This document shows, piece after piece, positions 40,060 to 51,995 of a stretch of DNA of 64,000 nt (position 1 is its first letter; each line of letters begins with the position of its first letter). The translations under genes and the position numbers were made by a program. The notes under the pieces are model-generated. The model saw only the letters and a list, made by a program, of their open reading frames with translations. It was not told the origin of the DNA and ran no database searches. Origin of the DNA: Harriotta raleighana (Eukaryota). The stretch covers positions 8,238,579-8,302,578 of the forward strand of contig JBNZDD010013718.1 of NCBI GenBank assembly GCA_050575255.1. Reading direction: 5' to 3'.

Positions 40060-40810
40060 GTTAGGTCGCAGAGGTAGGGTAGGACAAGACCATGGAGTTT
40101 AAATGTGAGGACCAGGTTCTTGAATTGAATTCTTTGAGTGATGGAGAGCCAATGGAGTTGGGCGAGATGGGGTCACGAAGCTTGGAGCGGTAGAGGATAT
40201 GGGCTGCAGAATTCTGTATTATCTGCAGCCTATGGAGGGAGGAATTGGGAAGGCTTTTGCAAAGTGAGTCTGGGTGTGATGAAGGCATGAATGAGGGTTT
40301 CTGTGACCCGAGAGGTGAGGTAGTTGTGGAGCCGGGCAATATTGCAGAGGTGAGCGAAGGTAGAGTGAGTCACGGCTGAGATGTGAAGGAGGAAAGACAG
40401 TTAAGGATTGAACAAGACACCTAGGTTCTTGATTGTTGAGGTTGGGTGTGCAATCATGAGATTGATGCTGCCAGTGCCTGAGGTGTGAAGGCGCTGGCAA
40501 GAGCCAATCAGGAGGGCCTCGGTCTTGTTGACATTCAACTGTAGAAAGCTAGCTCTCATCCAGGACTTGATGTCTGACAAGCAATCTAACAGGACAGCAG
40601 CAGTCCTGGAGTCAAGGGTAGAGACAGAAAGATACGAGTTGGATGTCATCCGCATACATATGAAAGTCGACCCCATGTCTGCGGGTGATGTCGCCAAGGA
40701 TGTAGATATTAAAATGTAGGGGGCCACGAAGAGAGCCCTGGGGGACGTAACAGGTGACAGTGTAGGGGCTGGAAAAGAAGCCATTGATGGCGACAAAGTG
40801 GAGACTTACT
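40060..40810 (-). mobile_element. L2-clade LINE reverse-transcriptase fragment (frameshifted)
   Basis: Overlapping ORFs give VPQGSLRGPLHFNIY, FHMYADDIQL, CLSDIKSWMRASFLQLNVNKTEALLIG, KNLGVLF, LHRLQIIQNSAAHIL. Confidence 0.92.
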
Positions 40811-42612
40811 ACCTCCAGCAGTAAGTACCATATTCTTACCTTATTCTCTGTGGGGAAAAAAAAAATCCGCATAATCACCAATATTTCAAATTGGAAAGAG
40901 TTGAATTTCCATGGCAGGACTGCTTCAGCGAAGATTGAAATATTCAAACATGTGGATCTTAATGCACTGTTTAAAAAAACATTCTAACTTATTTTTTTTA
41001 GAAAAAGCATTAGATGGATGATCTCATTGTACTGATTTATGGGTTACTGACGGTCTGCCAAGGGCTACAATCCCAAGTGGGTTCTTGCTCAAAGACTGTG
41101 CATTTACACTCAAAACTCATATCATTCCCAGTGGGTAATGAACAAGAATAACATGGGTACCTTTAGTTGAGTTTGATGGCATCATTCCACTTGTTGTACA
41201 GATACCAAAACAAAGCTACCTCTGATAGCATTCTCTGATTGCTTTATAAACCTCATTGGCCAGCATAATAGGAGAATAGTGTTGAATCTCATCTCTAGCA
41301 ACTTCCACATCCTAAAAATAAGGGCCCAGAAACATACGAAGATGCAAGAATGCTGATAGCCAAGTGAGGATCACAGAAATCACCATTTTGCTTGAGGCAC
41401 ACTGTTAAATACTATGTTTATCTTCAATGAATAGATATTACCCTAAATAAAAATATATAAAAAGTCGTAGAAAACACTCCAATCACTTGAGTTTTGATAA
41501 TTTAGTAAAAAATCTCTCCATTTTCTGAGAAGAGTTTAACCTAAGTGGCTTTCTGAGGAAAACTAAACCATTGATTCAGGCACAAGTGTCAAATTCTACA
41601 TTTAAATCTGAATCCTGTACTAAATTCCTGATATATTAATTCAGAATAAGATCATATCTGTATAGTTTTACCAATTCAGAAGCCAGGCTTAAGACTAGGG
41701 CTACAGATGCAATTACTGAAACTCAATCCATTCTCTCTGCCATTTATAACATTATAGACACCTTGAAATTAAGTTCAATTCTACATTTTATGAAAGGAAC
41801 TTTTAGATTTTTATAGTGCCTTATCATGCCACAACATCTCATGTACATTTTAGTTTTTTTATATAGTCTAATGTTTCCTAATTATTGTCAAGTGTTTTGT
41901 GAATACATGTGGAAGCCACTTTGTACACTACAAAATTCCAGTCATGAGTAATTTTATCTGAAGGATCATTGGCCAGCATAGGAGGTAAATCACCCTTCCG
42001 TTTTCAGGTAATATCGTGGGATAGTTTACATCCGTCAGAACAGGAAGAATATCTCATGCAAACAATGGTATTTCTGACAATCCAATACTGCCTCAGTACT
42101 ATACTGGAGATTCAACATAAACGGAACTTAAATCCAGATTTGGGTCTTGAACCCTTAGCAACACATTTAAGATTTTAATGCAACTATATTTTTCTTTGAT
42201 TTGCATCTACTCTACAATATAGTCTAAGCATCCTAAACTGAGCTCCATTGATAACCATTGGTAACGTACATTCCATCAGCTTTCAAGAGTCAATCTACTT
42301 TTGAATCCAGCAGGTAAGGACAATCCTAGAAAAACAGAAATATTGCAGTTAATATGCCACGTTTTCATTGGAACTATTGAGGTGTTATCTGCTCAAAGTT
42401 CCCAAACTTTGATCATTGATCGAAAACCATAGAGAGAAAATTTTCCCTCAGTACATAAATCAACAGTAAAGTGAAAATTTGGCTCTGGTTCAAAGTCCTG
42501 GCCAGAAAAGTCAGAATCCTGACATGTTTATTTATCTCTCCTCTGCAACACTCTGAAGCCAAGGCCCAAAAAAGAGACAAACACATCAGATCAGGGTTTT
42601 TTGCATACAGAT

Positions 42613-42618
42613 TTTATT
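42613..42618 (-). promoter_or_regulatory. IGF1R: IGF1R distal poly(A) signal
   Basis: Minus strand TTTAAGTTAAATAAAATCTGTATGCA. The block 42602-42900 closely resembles the recalled end of human IGF1R mRNA (GTATATTCTGTTGTAAGAATTTATTCCTGTTATT; GGCTGAAGCTAAGGCAAC; TTTTTTCTAGTA). Confidence 0.85.
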
Positions 42619-44793
42619 TAACTTAAATCTTGTACTGTAACTACTAGAAAAAAGCCGAGTAAGAAGAAACTAAAGTTGCCTTAGCTTCAGCCGATCAAAA
42701 TAGACAAGTTTTTTTTTTATTTTTTTCTCCTTTTTTTCTCTAATGGAAAGAATCCATAATATATCGAAATAACAGGAATAAATTCTTACAACAGAATATA
42801 CAAAACATTTGAAGTTTTTTTTCTCTTTACTACTGAATCAAATTTCCATATAAACACAGGAATTGTATGAATAATTTACACACAGCAAGTCTTTTTTTGT
42901 ACCTAACAAATTGTCCATCTTTACTGCTTAATCTTTTTTATTTCATAGATAAGATGACTGGGGGTGAAAACAAAACAAAAAAAACATACCTGTGATACGT
43001 TCTAAAGCTTTTATTTTGCCCTCCCAGAGTTAGCAGCAATCTCCGGCCAGTTTCTCTCTCATTAATTTTGTGTCTGTCGTGTGCTGTACAATAGTGTTTT
43101 GAACAATCATACAAAGAAACTAACCAGGCAGGTCCAACAATGCGAGGGCTGGTGCAAATACAGAGCTTGTAATGCAATCTCCTGCTGAATGTACCAGTTT
43201 TGTGAGGTGCATCCAATTTATAGAAAAACTACCGCTCTCCCACCCCATCTCCCCCCCCCCACCCCAACCCCAAAGAATACATTTATACTCACTTCCAAGC
43301 AATTTCCATTTAGCATTCCGATAATATTCCAGTACATTCTCGAAACAATTCTTCTACATAATTAAGGGCCTTTACTTAGAACTCTCAGTTCTCCTCTAAA
43401 CTGAGTGAACTGCTCAGCTAGCTCTGTTTCTGAACCGGTTCCATACTGGAATATATACTTCTTGTATCCCTACACTTCCATCAGGCATTCCCAAATGGTT
43501 CTGGAAAACCAATCTGTCCATCTACTTCTGAAAACTAAGGCTGTTTATATCAAAGAACCAAATGTCCAACATCCAATGCTGTGTTATTCCAGCTGCACTC
43601 AACAGTCACTGATAATAGTTACACAGATATGCCATCACTTTTGAGTCCTCACCATGTCTTCTGTCTCTTTTGACTTGTGATCATTTATTCCCAAATTTGG
43701 ATTGAATTCATCAGACCTCTAAATTTTCAAATGAATGAAGCTCCAATGAGGCACTAGATCTGAAAAATTTCATTTGCATTTTCACCTGTGTCCATTATTT
43801 CACCTATCCTCAATCCAAAGTTCATGTGGATCCCACATTCTCTTGCAGCCAATCTGAATGGTTGTATTTCTGCTGGAACTGTCCACAACTAGCCAATGTC
43901 AACAACCCAATCTGATTTCAAAACTTAACAGAATGTGTGCAATGATATCCTCAGTGTTGTTAGGACTTGGAGATTGGGTTCCAGATCTTGCTGGAATAAG
44001 TGGAACATGTGACCTGTAGATTACTTGAACAGTTGCTACACATGGCACTCAATAATTGTGTGAGTGAAATTTAACAAAAGTATTCCCTATTTCCAAGTTT
44101 AAGTAATTGAGTGGACTTGGAGGGCAGTGGGCTTTGGGCAACTCATCTCACCAGCTCCATATCATTTGATGCCGAATACTGAGTTGCACGGATGGCACTT
44201 ATGATGACATCTGCGGGACAGTCCATAATGGCTGACATTTTCAGTGTTAGAGAAGCTGAGAAGACAGAAAGTGAGGGCCAGGGCACAACATTTTTTGGTA
44301 CAATGAATTCCAGTCAAATATCTGGAATTAATTACACACAAGAATAGCACAGCAACCAATTAACTGAAAACATTTCCTCCACCACTTGATAGTTCCAATT
44401 TGTTCTGGTTTTGACACATATTTTATCTCCTCAAATCCTGTGGCAGTTCTATTATTAACGTCAAACAGACTAACAGCATATATGGTATTCTTAAACAATG
44501 CAGCTTACGAATGGATTGGTTTTCTTAACCATGCTAGAAGTTACCTAAATCCATACCTTTTGTCGGCCTAAAACAATTTGCCTTTTTAAAAATTCCTTGC
44601 TACAAAAAAAAAGAACAATCCTATCTTCTAAGCAACATTCTCCAGGGTTTTTTCATCACACATTTGGTGTTTTCCTAGAATCCCAATATTAATTCTCAAA
44701 TGCAATTTTGTAACAAATTAATTGTAAAATGGGTGGGGAGGAAGAAAGAGAGTAGTGGTCATTTGCTAAGCTGTTCATGTCACCAACTAGTTA

Positions 44794-44838
44794 AAGGTCA
44801 TGTCCCACTGGAAGGTCATGTCCCACTGGAAGCTCATG
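44794..44838. repeat. 18-bp tandem repeat aaggtcatgtcccactgg x2.5
   Basis: Direct inspection. Confidence 0.8.
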
Positions 44839-47800
44839 GGCAGGATGATCTACCTAGGGAAACCATTGTACTGTAGATTCATTTGTAAAATTCCATTTTG
44901 TGGGAACCTTACTTCTACTAACTCTAGAAAATTGGCTCAATGTGAGATTGAATCTAAACATGATTGCTATGGCCTCGGGATCTGGAATAATTGTGCCCCA
45001 CATATTGGAAAACCAATTGTTTGTCTCAAGTGCACAAACTAATTTCAAGACAGGACTAGCTGAGGCCTCAATGTCACTTGCATCTGTCTACAACATTAGT
45101 GTTGTTTGTGAGAATTGTGGCAGGATCACAAGTCAGATGATGCAGCTCCAACATAAATGCCCAAAGGTAACGGGGAGATAATCTATAGCCTATGTGTATT
45201 TCTGAGTCTCAGATTTCTTCACGGAATAGTACTTCCACCTAAATGTCAGACTCATTAAAGTATGGAATGCAGTAGATATTAAAGGAAAGCATATTTAAAT
45301 GCACAGATTAAACCCGAGTTCCAACAAGAGCTGCTATCTATGGAGCAGCTAAATTGTGAGGTTAACCCTATGTAGACAATGATATCTTTGTGTCACAGCT
45401 AAGAACAGCAGCTCTCACTTCCTCAGACGTTTATTGAAATCAGTGCCATGGTCCATGTAATTCTGTAGTTTTTCTTTGTTGCATTAAGTGATGCTGATGT
45501 GTTAAAGAACACAATATTAGAAATTAAAAAGGAAAGTGACTTTAGGAAGATAGTCTGAAGTCTTTAAACCAATTGAATGATCCACTGAATTCAATGCTAT
45601 GTTAATTAATTTGTACAAATCCAGATGTTATTTTTTCAGTGAAGTTATCCACTCTAACTTCAGTCTCTGCTTGCGGTGTGGCAGAGGGGTCTGGGGAGGT
45701 GGGTTCATGTGAATATGTGTGACAGGGACAAGCTAGCAGTTACACTGACAGCTACCCTCAAAGGGTGAAACAGCAAATCTTTCCTTTCGGCTAAAATCTC
45801 AAACCAATTTAGATCTTTGGAGATAATTTTTTAAAAACCTAATTGAAATATTTGCTCATCATTTAACCAGCTTCCACGACATAGCCAACAACAAATGAAT
45901 CCACCACAGACTTGAAAGAGATTCAACCCAAAACGTTGGACCACAAGCCATTGTGTTTCCCCCTTAAGATTATTTTCTACAAGGAAAAATGCTCAAAATA
46001 ATGGGCGGCACAGCACGTCAGCTCATGACAAATACGTCAGTTTTGGTTAACGCTGGATGGATTCATGCAGACAGATGAGCGAGATCAGAGACAGAATTCA
46101 CCACTTTCTCAACAAGCACGCATACAAAAGCTAGCGCGAGCCTCCACAAGCAAAATGCATCCTTAGCTATCAATAGAGAATGTCCCCTTGCAAAATTGTC
46201 ACTGAGGAACTCAAATGATGATATTATCAAAAACAAATATGATATTAACAGCTTAGCAACAGACTGGCAGTAGACCAGCTTGCCTGCGTGCTACTTATTT
46301 GAACCTGACAGCAGCTTTTGAGAATGCCCGGGTTTATACAAGGAAGTGATGCATACGATTGATGCTGAATAGACAATGCACATAAGAGAACAGCCAACCT
46401 TATAATTAATTGAGGCAATCTTAAACATGCCACATGGGCCTGCCCGAGACCTGCATTTCTAGAACACAAGCAGCTTCTGAAAATACTGGATTGTGCATGT
46501 CTGCTGCAAGGACCCACGTTAGATTTTAGATTGGGTTTGTTCATGGCTTGCTTGTCCCTCCCCAATACACACTATGTACAAATAAAGTCAGCCAACAAAT
46601 GGGACACGGTCCCTTTAAACCATTACCAACAAGCCCAATACCCTTCTCAAAGTCAGTTGTAGGACAGCATTCGAGTGAAATGCATTTCAATGATCTGTAC
46701 AGACGCTAAGATGGTCACAATATTGTTAAGTTTTTTTTCCCGTTTTTTGTATTTTTTTTCCTTTTTTTAAAATACAGATTCCATCTATTGACGATACTGT
46801 AATCTGGACAGTTTAGCAAACATTCGTAGACAGCTTGTGTGATCTGAGCAGCTCTGGTTGTAGAAATGAATATGTGCGATTCAGAGGAAGGGATTGCTAG
46901 TTCAGGAGGTCACCATTGATTTAAAAACAGCAAAATAAATCAGACCCAGAAAAGACCTGTGTTTTGCGGTCAGCTATGATGCAACAACTTTGGCAACCAA
47001 TTTGGAGACTCAATACATAAGCAATGATCAAATGTGATAGAAACAGCCCAGATATCATATCTATACCCCTCTGATCTTTGGCTCTTAATGGGCTAATCCT
47101 AACCTTATTTTTTTACTCCGTATGTCAAAAGCAATCGTGATAAAAAAAATTAACATTAAAAAGAGCCTGATTGAGCACTGTGTCAAAGGCAGCAGTGGTA
47201 AGACAGCAAAGACCCCCAGAGCTATTTAGCTTACTCAACTGGGTGATTAATGCACATGGAGCAATGAGCTACTCGGCTTGAAATTTAGTTTCCAACTAAT
47301 CAAAAACTTTGGCTTTGTTTCTACTTCTGGGATGTCTAACAGAGAGGGTGAATTCCCAGGAAGGAACCCTTGCACTAGCTAGGTGACACTGACCAACACA
47401 GTTGACATCGTTGCGTGTTGTTGCTGTTTCACTTTGCAAGATTTTCAGGCCAAACACCAACAAATTACCCTCCCATTTGTCTAACAGATGTTTAGGAAGT
47501 GCTTATTGGGAGCCAACACCAAATTTCTCCATTGGAAGAGGGAGGGAGTTTTACTTGCTTTGGAATGCTTTTTACAACAAACGCGTTTGCATCTCGTCAA
47601 CCTTGAGGGGTAGAAAATTAAGCTCCTCAATTAGTTATTCTGCAGCTTTTTCAAATATTGTATGGTTTTAGGCTTCACCCTCATTAAACCGCAATAGCCA
47701 AAACTATTCACCAAGTAAACTTAATATACCTGCAGCCTAGCTGTACATATGACCCATCAAGTAGCTCTTAAGCTCTTTATTAGTTCATCAAGTCTTGGAA

Positions 47801-48929
47801 TTGGCTATCCAAACTATATGTGAATTACGGAAGTTTTTAGTTGTAATGCTTGATGGAATTTCTCAGGTGGGGGGGGCTGGGATCTGCTGATGCTCTCACA
47901 CAGGAACAACGAGATTTCAATTGTCAAAAGACAATTAGGCATCTTCTAGAAACTGAAAGAAAAGGTGAAGTTTGCCTGTACTTTCCTTAAATTTATAACC
48001 GTAGATCTTAATAATACAAAGCACAAGGTTTCATAGCATAAGAATCACCCAGTTGCAAAGGCTTCAGCTCTCAGGGATAGGGATGGGGCTAGACTTCTAA
48101 ACCTTACTATTGAATCAATCCGGCTGGTCAACCATCAACAATCATTTGGTTGAGTATTTGCCTGGCAAGATCAACTCCAGGAACAGACTGTTTTACCTTT
48201 TCCAAAGAGTAAAGTGCTGTACTTCACTGACATGATTGAGCCTATCCATCAGTGCTTTTCTGTAGATATTTCTGCACATTACTTTAAATTGATTTATTTA
48301 GTCATTTACCTGGTCCTTGATGGATATGCATAGGAGGCAGTTACCATTGACATCATTGAAAAGCCAGTGGAGTATCCACTGTACCCTGTGGGTTAGAGGG
48401 TGAATAAGCACACATGACTATCAAATACAAATGGAGGTGCCATTAGCTGTTCTGGGGTGTTTTGACACAATCTTGGAAAATTATTGGTTTCTTTCCATTC
48501 TTGTAAGTTAGGAGGGATATTTTTTCAAAACTACAATAAACTGGCATTGAATTCCCTACTAGTACTCCTGCCCCCACCACCTCTAGCAAAATCAAACCAG
48601 CAATGATATTTGTAAGTCCACTATTTCAATTAGTTGATATGGAAACTGTGGCTCACTTTCTCCACCATCCGCTCATTGAGCAGCCCCATTCATAAAAGTC
48701 TCCAGTGATTAATCTGGGCAATTTAGTCTCTAAGCACCAAACGTTTGTTTGGGGGTGATCTTGTATTTTCAGCTGGTGAACCTGGGTGGAATGAGCAACC
48801 TTTCCCTCTGCGAGGACATTGTGTTGTGGTTCTGTGAATTGTGGAGGTTTCCAGGATACTGTACTGTCTCTCAGACTGTTGAATGTGAGATGTATTTTAT
48901 ATATAATATATATAAAAAAATTAAAAGAG

Positions 48930-48937
48930 TGAGGTAG
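48930..48937 (-). promoter_or_regulatory. let-7 8mer target site (CTACCTCA)
   Basis: Plus strand tgaggtag; context GCATTTATCTACCTCACTC on the mRNA strand. Confidence 0.75.
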
Positions 48938-51584
48938 ATAAATGCTTGAAAACATCAACAAAAAAAAGTTGCCCTGTCAGGTAACATTAAACAAACCCTT
49001 CTCTCAGTACTGGATACAATTTGGGGCATTTACAGTGATTTTAACTGATATGGACAAAATAAATTAAAAAGAAATCCTACATAGAATACCTTCTCAGTTA
49101 TCAAACAAAGGAAAATACTATGGGGGCAGTGGCCCGAAACAAAAAAAGGGGAAAGAACTGAACTATTCTATATATATATATATTATATAAAAAAGCAAAA
49201 AATAAAGCACTACAATCTGTTACCTCCAGTCACAATATCAGTTTTTATAATCATTTTCTCCTCTTGTACTGACGTTAACATCCTTCCAGTCCAGGAAGAA
49301 TGGAAACTATTCCTTGAATAACAACTCTTTCCTTCCCCTCCCCCCTGAAAAAAAATTCATCTTCTCAGCTGTTCAACGCCTGAGAATACTAGAAGCACAC
49401 CGACCCAAGTAATCCTAAAGCATCAATGTTTCCAAAATGTGATGAGACACTGGGTGTTCAGTTGGATTTTGCCGGAACAAGGCTGTCTTGGGGAGAAGTA
49501 CCCTTGGGAAAATAAAATAAAATGCAACAAGTTGAAATCAAGAGAACAGCGATTGTGTTCTTGTGCACATCAACGAGCTTCCACTGTGCTCCCACGAGCA
49601 TCTCGACATTTCTGAAGTGAGCAAAGTCAGCGCTATTCTCAAAGTGGAAATTTGGATACTACCCTGACTTCCCTGCCATGCCTCGCAGAGCCCTGTCTGT
49701 CAGATAGCTAACTCCCCATGGGAAGATGAATGCTATCACCAAACCATTAGCTTTCCTGTCCCCGAGCATCACTGGGAACCACTGCCTCTTAATATGCAAC
49801 TCAAAGACATCTCTCACGGCAAGAATTGGGCGTCAATCCTACCGGCTCACTCACGTTTTGGCAAACTTTTTTTAAGATTGAATACATTTCCACTGGTAAG
49901 CAATGTAAGAGAAGTTTTAAAGATCACTCTCGACTGCCAGACAAGATTTGTTTCCACAGAGCTCCAGTTGGTTAAAACAATAAGTGGCATTGCACAGGGC
50001 ATTGCAGTCTGTATTACCAGCTCCTCAAACTGTTCATTTTCTTAACGTTTTTGAAAAAGGTCTGGCCAAGAGGGAAGTTTAGAAAAAATAATATGCAAAT
50101 AAGGAAAAAAAAATTACAAATAAGTGGAATTTGAAGCCAAGCTGGTCACAAAACTAATTCAACCCAAGAAAATAGAAAAATATTGATTACACAAATGAAT
50201 GAATTGTTTTTTTTTAAAAAAAAAGGCAGAAGGAGGGAGAGGGGAAAAATAAGAGAGAAAACAATGTTTACAACATGACAAAATGAATATGAACACTGAG
50301 CAAGACATGTACTAGTATTAAACTGATTTGACCTGAGTATATTTCACGCCCTGTACTCAATCGGATGCGAGCCCACGAGATTCCCCTCACTGAGCCCTGA
50401 TCATCGAGAACGCTTCAAAGTTGTGTGTAAAGCCAACCGACACGAGAAAACGTATCCCATTTTTTTTTTAAAAAAGGCAGCAGTTCATGGTGAACAAGCA
50501 CAAGCGTTAACCACCATTAGGGAGGGGAATAATTCTTAAAAAATAATTTTACACTATAGTACAAAGCATTAGAAACTGTCTTGAAGAACAAACAAAAAGC
50601 AAAGTAGGGGGGGGTAAACAGACCTGAAAGAAATGTAGAATTCATCCCCAGAGTTAAGAAAAAAATATATAGCAGCTTCTCTGTATAGACAGATGGATAG
50701 GTGAACCATAAAAAAAGTTACAAAAGTGAGACTAACAAGGGGTGTATGCAAAGGATTGATGGTCAAACATAGAACTGTAAGACCGTTCTACACTAGAATA
50801 AGAGTAATCGCTGAACACTCTGGAGAACACAGCACTTAACTGCTTGTGGTTTCTTTCTGACGTTCCTTTGCACCTAAATAGGCGCCTCAATTCCTCCATG
50901 TGTTCTCCTCTTGAACTGTCAGTGTGTGCACGGGGATGGCGACTTACTCATACCATTCCCCAAGATGTTGCTGAAATTCGACGATAATGAGCAGTTTGGG
51001 AGGGAAGGGGGAAGAGAATAAGTAAGATTATGTAGATCCCAGTGTCGATTGATGTAACTGGTTGGTCGATGAGATTTTCTTTCCCCCTCCCCCAATGAAA
51101 CACTTGCTTGATTTTCTTGCTTTTCTAGGAATCAAAGTAGATAGAGAGAAAAACAAACTTTTCTTTCTAAAATTTGGCAAAATTTGGCAGCGGTGTGAAT
51201 GAGAGAGAGAGAGAAAGAGAGAGAGAGGACGAACTCCAGACAAGAAATGCACTGCAAGTTCCAGAACAATCAGTCAAGGATCAGATCTGTAAAAAATATA
51301 TATATATAAAGACCTGTAGTGATAAGCCAAGGCTCAACAGTAAGGAGCCTGGCTGGCGTTCCAATGAACAGTGCTTCTCCATTCAACTCAATGGCAGATA
51401 TGCTTAGACTATAAAGCAGCAAGATGCCAAAATTTGAGTGATCAGTTGAGCCCTGGGTTTGGCTCATGCTCTCTGGCATTATCAGCTTTTTTGGGGGAAA
51501 AAAACTGTTTGCATATGAAAAATAATTTGTGTGGTGATTAAACAAAGCCTCTCCACTGTGCAGCAATGGCAGTTTGTGATCCAC

Positions 51585-51591
51585 TGAGGTA
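51585..51591 (-). promoter_or_regulatory. let-7 7mer-A1 target site (TACCTCA)
   Basis: ~45 nt after the stop codon, within CTGTACCTCAGTGGATC. Confidence 0.7.
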
Positions 51592-51634
51592 CAGTAGGTT
51601 TTGTATTGTATTACTTTCGCCTTTTTCTGGAGGA

Positions 51635-51995
51635 TCAGCAGACCGTTGACTGGGGCAAAGGCAACGCTCTCTCGTTCTTCCTCCCCCCGTTCATATGAGC
51701 GTACGGCTGCCTCTCTTCGAAGCTGGAACGGAGGACAACACCTGGTCCATTTTCCAATTTGTGTCCTGAATGCTTGTCAGAGTTTTGGATTGTAGATGAG
51801 GGGTCTAGAGGAATGCTTTCCATGTTTTCGGCCTCAATCTCAAAATCGCTTTCATGGGGTTTATAATCTTCGCTGTAGAAGAATGAGACCTCCTTGAAAG
51901 AGGCGTCCAGGTCATCTTTAATGCTCTCAATGATTTCCGTGAAGGAAGGACGCATCTTGGGATTATATTGCCAGCACAGCCGCATGAGATCAAAC
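51635..51995 (-). CDS. IGF1R: IGF1R terminal coding exon (human exon 21 equivalent)
   Basis: cttag|[19 protein letters not shown]...[26 protein letters not shown]; the C-tail is diagnostic of IGF1R rather than INSR. Confidence 0.98.

Larger units (their letters stand above)
42602..51634 (-). other. IGF1R: IGF1R 3'UTR, ~9 kb
   Basis: Runs from the stop codon to the poly(A) block; the proximal block CTGTACCTCAGTGGATC matches the recalled mammalian UTR. Confidence 0.8.

Noticed and set aside
7731-44838. Short direct repeats (7732-7772, 31379-31412, 44794-44838) as CRISPR-like arrays
   Set aside because: Only 2-3 units, no spacers, no cas genes, eukaryotic context; ordinary slippage duplications.
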